DNA of 64,000 nt from Planctomycetota bacterium (lineage in GTDB: Bacteria; Planctomycetota; PLA2; JAEUHO01), in NCBI GenBank assembly GCA_965222115.1, contig CBDCTJ010000007.1:2592001-2656000 (forward strand), given 5' to 3'. The translations under genes and the position numbers were made by a program. The notes beneath the pieces are model-generated. The model made no database searches. It was not told the origin of the DNA and worked only from the letters and a program-made list of their open reading frames with translations. Shown here one piece after another: positions 28,460 through 38,967 of this stretch (its first letter is position 1; each line of letters opens with the position of its first letter).

Positions 28460-30100
28460 GTGGACGGAGATCGCAACGCTGGCATGAACGCGGCGAGCGG
28501 CGTCCCGAATGGAGAATGGATCATGATCCGCGCACGTTCACTCGGGAAAGGCGATTGGGCACTCGGGAAAGGCAATTGGGCACTCGGCCGAGTCAATTGG
28601 GTTGCGTTGCTGGTGTACACGATGCTTGTGTTTGCGCTCGCATCGTGCGGTGGCGATACGGATTCGTCGGTTCGTCACGGTGATCAGGCTGCTCGCTCCA
28701 ATCAGGAGCCGGTTGACCACGGAGACCCGGACAATACTGATCCATCCGATCCTGACGATAGCCAGCCGGCGGGATGGACACCTCGAGGCGGCGGCGAGGA
28801 TCCGTTTGGTGACGACCTATTGGATGACGACGTTGGCGTCGCCAGCCCCACGAGCGCCGCTGTACCGCCAAGTCTTGTGCCACCGGGGAAGAACCCCGAC
28901 GCGGTCGATGTCACCGTCTACTACGCCACGAGTCGTGCGCGCGGTGGGTTTTCCCTCAACGCCTACAAGCGACAGTTGTGGATCGGTGGAGCCTTACTCC
29001 TTTTCGCCGCTTTGATGTCCTTCTTTGGGCCCCGGTGGTTTCGCGGACGTTGGAAGTTTTCGCCCGCCTCGCTCAGAACCGTTACGTGGCTTTTGTTGCT
29101 CGCCGGCGCATTGTGGCAGGTCCATGAGATTTATGGCGACTACCAACGCGACAAACGGTGGGGCTTCATCTACACCGGTGACCGTCGCGTGGCGAATGCC
29201 GGGGAAGATCGCTATACATCTGACCTCGGCCAAGTCACGGTGTCGGTACCCTTACGTCGTGAACGTGGCACCATGCACACCGAGCGCTGGTGGAAGGGCG
29301 AGTTCATTCCCGATCCCGTAAAGCACTTCGTTCTCACCGACATCGATCCCCAGGCGGAAGGTGAGTACTTTCAACACGTGCGTGGTCGTGTGACGTCTGA
29401 TCCCGATAAGAGCGCATTCGTGTTTATTCACGGCTACAACACGACCTTTGAGCGTGCGGCGCTTCGAACCGCGCAGATTGCACATGATCTGCAATTCAAG
29501 GGCGCGCCAATTTTCTACAGTTGGCCCTCCGACGCGATCAAGACCGCCTATTTTGTAGACCGTGACGACGCGGAATGGGGCAGTGGCCACTTGCGCGAGT
29601 TCTTGAAGAATCTGAAAACGAAGTCGGGCGCGGAGATTATCCACCTCGTCGCACACAGCATGGGTACGCGGTGTCTCTGCAAAGCACTGCGGGATCTTGA
29701 GCCCATGGGTGATGGCCCCGACTTTCAGTCAATCATTCTCGCGGCACCCGACTTAGACGCCGACGCGTTTGAAAACGAAATCGCCCCACGCATCGGTAAG
29801 CGTGCTCACATGGTTACGCTCTACGCAAGTGCCAATGACGAAATGATCAAGCTCTCCTCCGAGTTCAATGGCAACCGACGGGTGGGGGATGCGACCTACC
29901 TCGCGCACTACAAGGGTTACTCCTCCGTCGATGCGATCGACGTATCGGGCATCTCTCAGGGTCACTCGTATATGGGCAATAACGGACGCGTCCTCTCGGA
30001 TGTCCGTGCGCAACTGATTCAGCGGCTCCCGGCGAAAATGCGCCCGGGCCTGCGCTGGGTCAACGAGCCACCTCATTGGATCCTTGAAGATCTTCGGTAA
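28460..30100 (+). CDS. Alpha/beta hydrolase (DUF900-like), membrane-associated
   Basis: VYYATSR, FVFIHGYN, YSWPS, nucleophile VAHSMG, ILAAPD, YASAND, HSY; LASC lipobox; start uncertain (possibly ~28523). Confidence 0.85.
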   Translation: MDGDRNAGMNAASGVPNGEWIMIRARSLGKGDWALGKGNWALGRVNWVALLVYTMLVFALASCGGDTDSSVRHGDQAARSNQEPVDHGDPDNTDPSDPDDSQPAGWTPRGGGEDPFGDDLLDDDVGVASPTSAAVPPSLVPPGKNPDAVDVTVYYATSRARGGFSLNAYKRQLWIGGALLLFAALMSFFGPRWFRGRWKFSPASLRTVTWLLLLAGALWQVHEIYGDYQRDKRWGFIYTGDRRVANAGEDRYTSDLGQVTVSVPLRRERGTMHTERWWKGEFIPDPVKHFVLTDIDPQAEGEYFQHVRGRVTSDPDKSAFVFIHGYNTTFERAALRTAQIAHDLQFKGAPIFYSWPSDAIKTAYFVDRDDAEWGSGHLREFLKNLKTKSGAEIIHLVAHSMGTRCLCKALRDLEPMGDGPDFQSIILAAPDLDADAFENEIAPRIGKRAHMVTLYASANDEMIKLSSEFNGNRRVGDATYLAHYKGYSSVDAIDVSGISQGHSYMGNNGRVLSDVRAQLIQRLPAKMRPGLRWVNEPPHWILEDLR

Positions 30101-30732
30101 TCGGAACTCAATTCACTTCTACGCTTGCGTCGAACTCATGCCCATTCATGTCCCATTGGTCGTGACCCTCACATTTCACGAATAGCACGCCAAGTAGCAG
30201 TGTCCGTTTGTTGGGGCATTCTCAATTCGTTCACACTCCTAATGGAGCGTGACTCACGCTCCTTTCTTCATAGTTATCTTCAATGAGGGGGTCAATTAGA
30301 CCGCTTCGTGTAGAATTCATGACTCGTGCATCGCAAATCGTCCCCAATTTGGGACCATCTCGACCACTATTGTCGCTTTTTTCATCATTTGCACTTAGGT
30401 AGGTCTTGATCCTGTTAGTCACTCAGCTAGTGTGTTCAATCCGTTGAACGCAGCCGGTCGCGAAGCGCAATTTCTCAAACATTTTGAGCGATGCCCACGG
30501 CCAGTAGGTTCATCGTAATTGCCTGTAAATAGGAGGTTTACGCCAAATTTATCGCGTCGTGGTGCAGTGGGCACTACGCGTGCGTATTGGCGGGCGAAGC
30601 CGGTTTTCTGCGTGCAATTTGCCAACGACCTAACGTTGAGAAATACGTGACGTTGAGGCACACGCGCGTAGGTGGAGGTAGGCAGAGGAGCCCCACCCGT
30701 CCGGCGTCGTGAATCAACTGGAGTTTTCACCC

Positions 30733-33700
30733 ATGTTCAAACGGTTCTTCATCCCCGCGCTATTGCTCATAGCGTTGGTGCCGTTTTGCGGTGTGATTCA
30801 GGATGCGTTGGCAACGCCACCGTCCTGGGATCCCGCAGGCGCAGGATTTCAGGGTCTTCCCGACAACGACGACGACAGCGCTCGTTTCATGGTCCTTTCA
30901 GGACCGGCCAACAATTCGTTGGTTGGTACCGAAAACGGGCCCGGCGAAACGTTCGTTCAGCTTGTCTTTACGCCAGCGTCCGATAGCGACCCCATTCGGG
31001 TTGGCATTTTCGACGCGAATGGTATTGGCGTATGGGATCAGCGTGCGTTCGGCATCTTCCTGAACAAGGCGCCCAATATTCGCTATCGTCTCTATGCCGA
31101 CCCGGCGGGCGATGCGCTATCGCTTCTTCAGGATGGCGTGGCCGCCAACGATCCTTCGGCATTGGTCACGACGAACTCCGAGACCGACTACGACCCCGAT
31201 GCCACAACGGACAATGCGTGGGTTTCGTTTTTCGATCAGCCCGCGTCGGCCGTGCCCGCCGCACAGTCTGCCAATGGCTCGTACCGCTTCTTGATGCGGA
31301 TCTCCATGACGCCTGCTGCAGGATCATTCGCCTTGCAGGGGCCCGAGCGTGCCGGTCACAAGATTGCGTTTAACGGTACATACATCCTTCCCGGTGGAAC
31401 CGTGTTTGGCTTTGCCGGTGGTGCAGTGGATGAGCGCACCATTGTGGGTACCGAGAATCAGGCGATTCACGACACGCGTGATCCCAACACCTATCTCACC
31501 AAGTCGAGTGCGCCGGTTCCGGTTCAGAACGCAGGTACGCCCTACTTGTTCAACGGTGTGTTTGACTTCCACTTCCGCTCGTCCAACGCGTGCGAAGACG
31601 ACCTCGTCTTCAGCGAGGCCGATGCGGACTATCAGACGCCCACCACCGCGGGCCAGACCAAGGCCAACCCGCTTGTCGAGCCGGCCCTCGTCGGTATTCC
31701 TCCCGACAACGTGCCCTATTACTTGCGACCCGGCGACACGTTCAACTTCCGTGACGTTAGTGCCTTCCTGATTACGGATGACATTGGGAATGGCCCCCGC
31801 CCCGTACGTTGGTCGATTTACCCCGTTGCCGACATCACCACGCCCCCCGATGGTGCCAATACACCGGCTGCGCCGCAGTTCACCGACGTGGCCAACGCGC
31901 CCAGCAATCACGCGTCGATTACAGCAGCCAAGCAGGCTGGAACCTTCCAAGCCAGCACCATGCCCAAGGAGGATATCCTTGCGAACCCGGGCTTTTACCG
32001 CGTGCGTTGGGAAAGCGTGGACATCTCCAACTTTGTGTTCATGAAGTTCAATGTGGACGTTGGTACCACACCCGTCGCACCGAGGGCTAGCGGACGCATC
32101 TTCTGTGACGCCAATGACAATGGTGTTTATGACGACGGTACCGATATGCCTTGGAGCGGTGGCGCGGTCAACTTGAGCGTGCAACGCATCGACTGCCAGT
32201 CCAAGGCGCCCGTCGGTGCACCCATTCCGGTCGTTACCAATGCCGCTGGCGAGTGGACCCTTCAGGGTTTGCTTGAGGGTTGCTACACGCTTGACGTAAC
32301 CGACACCATTAGCTTCTCGCTGTCCACGGGCGTGACGCTCCCCATCGAATTCGAACTCGACGGTGATGACTGTGATAAGCAAGTCGATATCGGGTATCAG
32401 TGCACGCAGTCCATCTGTGGTGAGCTGTTCTGTGACGACAACGGTGACTGCATCTTCAATGGCAACGACGGCGTCTTGCCAGCGGGTGCTAGCGCAACGA
32501 TCGTCGTAACGCCTATCGATCCCGTGTCCAAGGACGCCATCGGCCCGGCGATCACCAAGGTTCTCGACGGAACGGACTCCCATGAGTGGTGTGTTGACGG
32601 ACTCGCCTTCGGCACCTACCTCATTACCGTGGATTCCACGCTTAATATTGTGGATAGCCCATGTGCGGTGGAGAGCTACGAACGTACGCTATCGGCCGAT
32701 ACAACAGGACAGATCGATGACGTGATCTTCCCGCTCGTTTGCCTTGAGCAGATTTGCGGTCGCATCTACTGTGATGATGACCTATCTGAGGATTACACGG
32801 CAGGCGATGACCGCGAGCTTGAAGGTGTTCAGGTAGAAGCCCGCCCCAAGGGGGAACCCACCGCCGATCCCATCACCGCGACCACCGATGAAGACGGCAA
32901 TTACTGCTTGCCCGTGCCTCCCGGTGAGTGGGTGGTCATGGTGCCCATGCCACAGGTGCCTGCGCTTGATGGCGTTTCGCCGGCCACCGGGCAGTTGCTA
33001 AGCATCGAGGTGGATGCCCGTAATGGCTCCATTGATGACATCGACTTCCGCTTTGACTGCAGCTCGACCATCTCCGGTCGTGTCTTCTGCGAAGGGCCCA
33101 ATGAGGACTGCGACGGCGAGTACGACCTAAACGTTGACGACGCGCTCGAGGGCATTGTGCTTGAGCTTGTACGCAATGGAAGTGTAGTCGCCGAAACCAC
33201 CACGATTGCCGACGGCACCTACATCTTCTCGGGTGTAGCGCCCTCAAAGGCATTTCCTTACACCGTTCGTGTCAAGGCGGGTCAGGCAGCGCTTGCTGGC
33301 AAGATCGGCCCCGCACCAGAGAACTACACCGACATCGAGGTGCCTAATGCTGGCGAGTTGACCAGCACCATTACCGGCCTCGACTTTGCCTATTGCCTAC
33401 TTGAGGTGTCGGGACGCGTCTTCTGTGAAGGTGGCCCCGGCGGCGATTGTGACGGCGACTATGACGCCGGCACCGACCAGCCGCTTGCTGGCATCGATGT
33501 CATCCTCAAGAAGGACGGCGTTCAAGTCGGTCAGCCTGCGCAGACCAACTCAGAAGGCATGTACACCTTCAATATTCTTGAGGTGGCCGACTACACGGTT
33601 GAAGTGGTGCCCGGTCAACCCGAACTTGAAGGGAAGCTTGGCCCCACGCCCACGTTCTGGGATGCGAAGTTCACCGAGCAAACCGGTGGCAATCGCTCCA

Positions 33701-36700
33701 TTCGCGACTTGGACTTTGCCTACTGCCGAACAACGGTGGCCATCTCCGGCAAGATCTGGTGCGAACGTCCCACGATTGGCAATGGCGCTGGCGCCGTGAG
33801 CCCGTGCAACAACACCTACGACCCAACCGCCACGGTGGGCGAGGCCGGTGGCGACACCGACTCGTTGCTCGCTGGCATCGAGGTCGAACTGATATCGAAC
33901 AACGTGGTTGTGGACACCGCCACCACAGCAGGCAACGGTCGTTACATCTTTGATGATCTGGCTACAGGTACCGACTACACCGTGCGTGTGAAGGCGGGCC
34001 AGGCAGCGCTGGCCTCCAAGGTCGGCCCCGCACCCGAAGACATCGATGTCAGCGTACCGCTTGACGTTTCCGACTTCAGTTCCGACGACAACGACTTCGT
34101 TGTGTGTCAGCTCTGGATTTGCCCGCTCGCCTGGTGCGACGTGGACGGAAGCGGCCTGCGTGAAGCCACGGCGACCTACACCGAGCCGGTCCTGAACCTC
34201 GCTTGGGAGATTCGTCCCCAGGGTCAGCCAAACGCTGATCCGGTGTTGAGGGGTACCTCCTGCGATTGGATTGACGCGCCGTTTACCGCGCCGAATCCGG
34301 CAGAGGGTGTGGACGTGCCTCCGGGCGCGTGGACGCTCACCATCATTTCGCCCACCGGCGAGAATGCACCCACGCCCGCCGCGGGCACCACGTTCGATTT
34401 CGTCGTCGACGAGAGTTCCACGTTCCCGTACCTGCCACACTTCCCGTATGACTGTGTCCTCACGGTCAAGGGTCGTTTCTGGTGCGATGGTGGTTCACCC
34501 GGTTGTGATGGCGTATTCCAGCCTGAGAACGACACACCGCTGGCCGGCATGCAAGTTCGTCTTGAGCAGATTGATGGCACGAATGTCGTCAATGGCCAGA
34601 CCAACGGCGCCGGTGAGTACACGCTCTCGACCAAGATTCCCGGTACGTATCGGGTGCGCTTGATTGATGCGGATCTCCCGGGCAAGACGGGGGCCTACCA
34701 CAACGGTGTGCTTGTGACCGGACCGATCGGCTCGTTTAGCGCCAACGGTGGTAGCCGCACCTACGAAGACATCGACTTCTATTACTGCCCCGAGCCGGGT
34801 CGTTTGACAGGTCTCGTCTTTGAAGAGAGCCACGAGCGTCCTTGCGACGGTGAGTTGCAGCAGGACGAAGAAGCCAATGGCCTTGCAGGCGTGACAGTGA
34901 CCATTACCGGTCCGCTTAACGCGTCAATCAACACGAACCAAAACGGCATCTACGTGTTCAACAATCTGCCTGCCGGTGACTACAACGTCACGGTGGACGG
35001 GCAGGACATGGGCACCTTTGGGGTGTCGCCGTCTTCCGCCACGTCGGTCCCAGCGCTCATCACGCCCGGTGGCACGACGACCGTCAACTTCGCGGGCTGC
35101 CGCCCAGCGAAGATTGAGGGTTACGTGTTCAAGGATCCCGTAGGCGATTGCGACGGTGAGTACGCCAACGGTGAAGGCCTTGAAAACTGGCAGGTCGACT
35201 TGATCCAAAACGGTGCGGTTGTCGCTTCAGAAACGACCGATGCGTTTGGCAAGTATGAGTTTGGCGACTTGGACGCTGGCGATTACACCGTCGAGCTCCA
35301 AATCACCGAACCTACCGCCGGTGACAACTGCTACCTCGTGAGCCCCGCCGACAAGCAAGTCGACGTATCGCTCCTGCCCGGTGAAACCGAGCGCGTGGAC
35401 TACGGTCTTTGCGCACAGGCACTTGCCGGTCGCGTGTGGAGCGAGGTCTTCGAGCAGCTCAATGGCGTTTGGGAGCCCACCGAAGACACGCCGCTCGCCG
35501 GTGTTTCGGTAAGCATCGAAGGTGTTTCGGGTGATGCCCTTGGCTACACCGACGAAACCACCACCGACGCGCAGGGTAAGTATCGTTTCGACAACTTGCC
35601 CACGGGTCAGTACGAGATTGTTGTTACGGATAATGCCGGTAACCAAACGATCCTATCGGGCCTCGAGGCACAGGACCCCACGCTTCGCGATCCGTCGCTG
35701 GCACCGGGTGACTTTGTTGACGATCAGGACTTCTACTACACGAGCACGATGCAAGCTGTATCGGGCCGCGTGTGGAAGGAGACCTTCGGCGGCACCAACG
35801 GTGTGTGGGAGCCCACAGAGGACACGCCCCTGGCCAACGTTGAAGTTGAAATCACCGGTGTAACGGGTGATGCCGTTGGATACAACGACACCACCACCAC
35901 CGACAATCAAGGCTTCTACTCGTTTGACGACATTCCGGCCGGTTCGTACTTGATCAAGATCACCGACAGCGCTGGCAATGTGACCATCGTGGAAGGCCTC
36001 ACCGGCCCGACGCCCGATGAGCGCACGCCGAGCGTGGGTGTGAATGAGACGGTGCCCAACCAGGACTTCTATTACGTCGATCCCACGCAGTCGCTAAGCG
36101 GCCGCGTGTGGCAAGAGGTCTTCGAGGATCTCAACGGCATTTGGGAGCCCACGGAAGACACGCCGCTGGCGGGTGTCAACGTGACCATCGAGGGCACATC
36201 GGGCGACGCGCTCGGCCAGACGTTTGATACCAACACGAATGCGGACGGGTTCTACCAATTCGACAACATTCCCACCGGTACCTATGACGTCTACGTCACC
36301 GACAACGCAGGCAATCAGGCGATTCTTGGCGAGCTCATCGCTCAGGATCCCACGTTGCGCCAGCCCACGGTGAATCCCGGCGACAACATCGTCGAGCAGG
36401 ACTTCTACTACACCGGCACGATGCAGACGCTCTGCGGTCGTGTGTGGCAAGAAGACTACGCCGAGCTCAACAGCATTTGGGATCCCGACAATGAGAACGA
36501 CACGCCGCTCGCCGGTGTGGAAGTGAGCATTACGGGTATTGCCGGCGACGCGGATGGTTACAGCGACACGATGCTTACGGGCGACGATGGCCGCTACTGC
36601 TTCCAGGGCATTCCGGCCGGAACCTATCGGGTTGTGGTCACGGACAGCGCTGGCAACGAGACCATTCTCGGTACGCTCGACGCGGTGCCGCCGACCGAGC

Positions 36701-38775
36701 GCACGCCCGACGTACCGCTCAATGGCAACGTGGATGACCAGGACTTCGTCTACACAACTACGGACCAAAAGCTCTGTGGCCGTGTGTGGCAGGAGGACTA
36801 CACCAACACCGATGGTGTGTGGAACCCTGCGGACGACACGGGGCTTGTGGGCGTGGAAGTGTCTATCGAGGGCGTCGATGGTCCGGCGACGGGCTACACG
36901 GACACCACGTTCACATATGGCGAGGGCACCCCCGACGTTGGCATGTACAACTTCGAAGGCATCCCGGCCGGCACCTACATCGTCAAGATCACCGACAGCG
37001 CAGGCAATGTGACGATCACGGAAGGCCTTGTTGGCCCCACGCCCGATCAGCGCACGCCCGACGTACCGGTGAACGGCGCTGCGCACGATCAGGACTTCTA
37101 CTATGTCAATCAGCCTGTTGGTTGCGACGATACCCAGGACATCTGTCTGAAGATCTTCGGCGAGCCCATGGACGCCTGTGATGGCGTCTTTGATGACGGC
37201 GTTGATATGCCACTTGGTGGCGTTGAAGTCTTCGTACGTGCTCAGGGTCAGACCGACGGCTACATCGCTTCGGGCTTCACCGACGCGAACGGCGAGTACT
37301 GCTTCATGGGCTTGGAGCCCGGTATGTACGAGGTCTACCCGGGTGGCAACCAGGAGATCCTGGCGGGCTACGAAGTGTTCAGCGACGGACGCGATTGCCG
37401 TCCTGTGGAGCTCAAGTGTGGCGAGGACGTCTATGAGGCGTTTGGCTTCTGCCCCACATGCAGCGAGCCTTCTTGCTGTGAGGGTTACCTCCAGCAGCTC
37501 TGCTTCGAGTCCGAGCACTGTGCATGGGACCTAGAGCCCGGTGATCTCATCACCGTTCGGGCCACGCTCTATGATGGCGATGCCGTGATTGACACGGTGG
37601 AACTTGCCTACGAAGATGCGTTCCCGGGTGCTGCGACGGGTCTCGATGGCGTGCTTCGCATCGACCACGTGACGGTACACCCCTGGGGTTCGGCCATCGT
37701 CAAGGTCTGTGCCATGGCCGACGCCGACAGCTTCCCAATGGGTCACTTCGGCGGTACGAACTATCGCGTTGAGGTGAGCTTCAACAAGGACACCGCCGCG
37801 GGTCACACACGCTTCATGTGCGAAGACGTGCGTCCCGGCAGCCTGTTCACCTACTCGGAAGCCTGTGGCGACATGCCGCCCTGCGACATCGTCGTTGAGG
37901 ATCCCTACCAGTGGCTTGCCCAGTGCCTGCCCGAGTGCGAAGCGCGCTTCTTGGTGTTGAAGACGCTCAGCTACGACGGTTGGAAGAAGTGCAACGGAGA
38001 AGATCCCGAGCAGTCGCTAAGCGGACGCGTCTGGTGGGAGCTTGAAGCCGACGAAAACGGTGTATGGGAGTCGGACGCCGACAATCCGTTCGAGGGTCTA
38101 GCGGTTGAGCTTGTGGGTACCAGCGGCGACGCTGCCGGTTACTCCGAGACCACCACCACGAGCACCGACGGCACCTACGCGTTCATGGACATCCCGACCG
38201 GCGCCTACACGGTGATGGTCAAGGATTCGGATGGCAACGACATCATTCTCTCGGGCTACGACGCGCGTGATCCCACGAGCTACGGCCCCACAGTGAATGA
38301 CGGCGACAACGTCACCGACCGCGACTTCTACTATGTAGAGCCCGCGTGCAAGATCGACTTTGGCCCTGAAGTGTTCACGTACACCTACCGTGTGCCCTGT
38401 GAATACAGCCAGGGCGATGTCCACCACGTTGAGTTGAAGTTGCTGTTGGGTGAAACCGACAACATCATCGACCGCGTCGCAACCGAGTGGGAAGGTGAGT
38501 GCTTCAAGGGCGAGCTCGACAGCCGCTTTGGAAACCTCACACTCCTTGAGGCGTGCAAAGTGGGTGTGGACGGTGACGACTGCCTCTACGAAGTGACCTT
38601 CCGCGTCAATCGCGACTGCGACTGCGATTCGGTAGACACCGATGGTGACGGTGAAATCGATCGCTGGACCGACGCCCGACTCTGCACGACGGTGGATTGG
38701 GTCTTCAGCGATGACGACGAGATGGTTCGTCTTTGCCCGGATATCAACATGGAGCACGTGCCGAACGACGTATAA
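30733..38775 (+). CDS. Giant (~2680 aa) secreted SdrD-B/Cna-B repeat surface protein, Cys- and Asp-rich
   Basis: GGAG RBS, signal peptide; many modules SGRV(F/W).E/D....NG..D.PL.GV.V...TT.A.G.Y.F..L..G.Y.V...DF.Y; near-identical ~113 aa units 35420-37110 and 38010-38340. Confidence 0.88.
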   Translation: MFKRFFIPALLLIALVPFCGVIQDALATPPSWDPAGAGFQGLPDNDDDSARFMVLSGPANNSLVGTENGPGETFVQLVFTPASDSDPIRVGIFDANGIGVWDQRAFGIFLNKAPNIRYRLYADPAGDALSLLQDGVAANDPSALVTTNSETDYDPDATTDNAWVSFFDQPASAVPAAQSANGSYRFLMRISMTPAAGSFALQGPERAGHKIAFNGTYILPGGTVFGFAGGAVDERTIVGTENQAIHDTRDPNTYLTKSSAPVPVQNAGTPYLFNGVFDFHFRSSNACEDDLVFSEADADYQTPTTAGQTKANPLVEPALVGIPPDNVPYYLRPGDTFNFRDVSAFLITDDIGNGPRPVRWSIYPVADITTPPDGANTPAAPQFTDVANAPSNHASITAAKQAGTFQASTMPKEDILANPGFYRVRWESVDISNFVFMKFNVDVGTTPVAPRASGRIFCDANDNGVYDDGTDMPWSGGAVNLSVQRIDCQSKAPVGAPIPVVTNAAGEWTLQGLLEGCYTLDVTDTISFSLSTGVTLPIEFELDGDDCDKQVDIGYQCTQSICGELFCDDNGDCIFNGNDGVLPAGASATIVVTPIDPVSKDAIGPAITKVLDGTDSHEWCVDGLAFGTYLITVDSTLNIVDSPCAVESYERTLSADTTGQIDDVIFPLVCLEQICGRIYCDDDLSEDYTAGDDRELEGVQVEARPKGEPTADPITATTDEDGNYCLPVPPGEWVVMVPMPQVPALDGVSPATGQLLSIEVDARNGSIDDIDFRFDCSSTISGRVFCEGPNEDCDGEYDLNVDDALEGIVLELVRNGSVVAETTTIADGTYIFSGVAPSKAFPYTVRVKAGQAALAGKIGPAPENYTDIEVPNAGELTSTITGLDFAYCLLEVSGRVFCEGGPGGDCDGDYDAGTDQPLAGIDVILKKDGVQVGQPAQTNSEGMYTFNILEVADYTVEVVPGQPELEGKLGPTPTFWDAKFTEQTGGNRSIRDLDFAYCRTTVAISGKIWCERPTIGNGAGAVSPCNNTYDPTATVGEAGGDTDSLLAGIEVELISNNVVVDTATTAGNGRYIFDDLATGTDYTVRVKAGQAALASKVGPAPEDIDVSVPLDVSDFSSDDNDFVVCQLWICPLAWCDVDGSGLREATATYTEPVLNLAWEIRPQGQPNADPVLRGTSCDWIDAPFTAPNPAEGVDVPPGAWTLTIISPTGENAPTPAAGTTFDFVVDESSTFPYLPHFPYDCVLTVKGRFWCDGGSPGCDGVFQPENDTPLAGMQVRLEQIDGTNVVNGQTNGAGEYTLSTKIPGTYRVRLIDADLPGKTGAYHNGVLVTGPIGSFSANGGSRTYEDIDFYYCPEPGRLTGLVFEESHERPCDGELQQDEEANGLAGVTVTITGPLNASINTNQNGIYVFNNLPAGDYNVTVDGQDMGTFGVSPSSATSVPALITPGGTTTVNFAGCRPAKIEGYVFKDPVGDCDGEYANGEGLENWQVDLIQNGAVVASETTDAFGKYEFGDLDAGDYTVELQITEPTAGDNCYLVSPADKQVDVSLLPGETERVDYGLCAQALAGRVWSEVFEQLNGVWEPTEDTPLAGVSVSIEGVSGDALGYTDETTTDAQGKYRFDNLPTGQYEIVVTDNAGNQTILSGLEAQDPTLRDPSLAPGDFVDDQDFYYTSTMQAVSGRVWKETFGGTNGVWEPTEDTPLANVEVEITGVTGDAVGYNDTTTTDNQGFYSFDDIPAGSYLIKITDSAGNVTIVEGLTGPTPDERTPSVGVNETVPNQDFYYVDPTQSLSGRVWQEVFEDLNGIWEPTEDTPLAGVNVTIEGTSGDALGQTFDTNTNADGFYQFDNIPTGTYDVYVTDNAGNQAILGELIAQDPTLRQPTVNPGDNIVEQDFYYTGTMQTLCGRVWQEDYAELNSIWDPDNENDTPLAGVEVSITGIAGDADGYSDTMLTGDDGRYCFQGIPAGTYRVVVTDSAGNETILGTLDAVPPTERTPDVPLNGNVDDQDFVYTTTDQKLCGRVWQEDYTNTDGVWNPADDTGLVGVEVSIEGVDGPATGYTDTTFTYGEGTPDVGMYNFEGIPAGTYIVKITDSAGNVTITEGLVGPTPDQRTPDVPVNGAAHDQDFYYVNQPVGCDDTQDICLKIFGEPMDACDGVFDDGVDMPLGGVEVFVRAQGQTDGYIASGFTDANGEYCFMGLEPGMYEVYPGGNQEILAGYEVFSDGRDCRPVELKCGEDVYEAFGFCPTCSEPSCCEGYLQQLCFESEHCAWDLEPGDLITVRATLYDGDAVIDTVELAYEDAFPGAATGLDGVLRIDHVTVHPWGSAIVKVCAMADADSFPMGHFGGTNYRVEVSFNKDTAAGHTRFMCEDVRPGSLFTYSEACGDMPPCDIVVEDPYQWLAQCLPECEARFLVLKTLSYDGWKKCNGEDPEQSLSGRVWWELEADENGVWESDADNPFEGLAVELVGTSGDAAGYSETTTTSTDGTYAFMDIPTGAYTVMVKDSDGNDIILSGYDARDPTSYGPTVNDGDNVTDRDFYYVEPACKIDFGPEVFTYTYRVPCEYSQGDVHHVELKLLLGETDNIIDRVATEWEGECFKGELDSRFGNLTLLEACKVGVDGDDCLYEVTFRVNRDCDCDSVDTDGDGEIDRWTDARLCTTVDWVFSDDDEMVRLCPDINMEHVPNDV

Positions 38776-38796
38776 CGTCAGACGCAAGTGAACCCG

Positions 38797-38873
38797 CCGC
38801 GCCTAGGGACTTGGGCGCGGTGACTTCAGTGATTCACATTCGTGGGACGCCTTCCGATAGGGAGGCGTCCCAC
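38797..38873 (+). terminator. Two GC-rich hairpins after the giant gene (probable terminator)
   Basis: CCGCGCCTAG-GGAC-TTGGGCGCGG and GTGGGACGCCTTCC-GATA-GGGAGGCGTCCCAC followed by AGTTCGTTTT. Confidence 0.6.
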
Positions 38874-38967
38874 AGTTCGTTTTGGGGCGGGACGCCTTGG
38901 GAGTACGGGCGCTTGCTGGCCGCACGGCGCATCGGGGGAAAGAAGGCTCACACGAAGGGCGCAAAGA

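Noticed and set aside
30560-30665. c-di-GMP-I riboswitch upstream of the giant adhesin
   Set aside because: A stem-loop with CCTAA is present, but the GGCAAA / GNRA stem / GACGCAAA arrangement could not be matched; an Infernal search is needed.
31324-37518. Long antisense ORFs (e.g. 31324-32583, 36094-37518; also 23722-24807 and 61636-62745)
   Set aside because: Shadow frames opposite strongly supported high-GC genes; no protein motifs.
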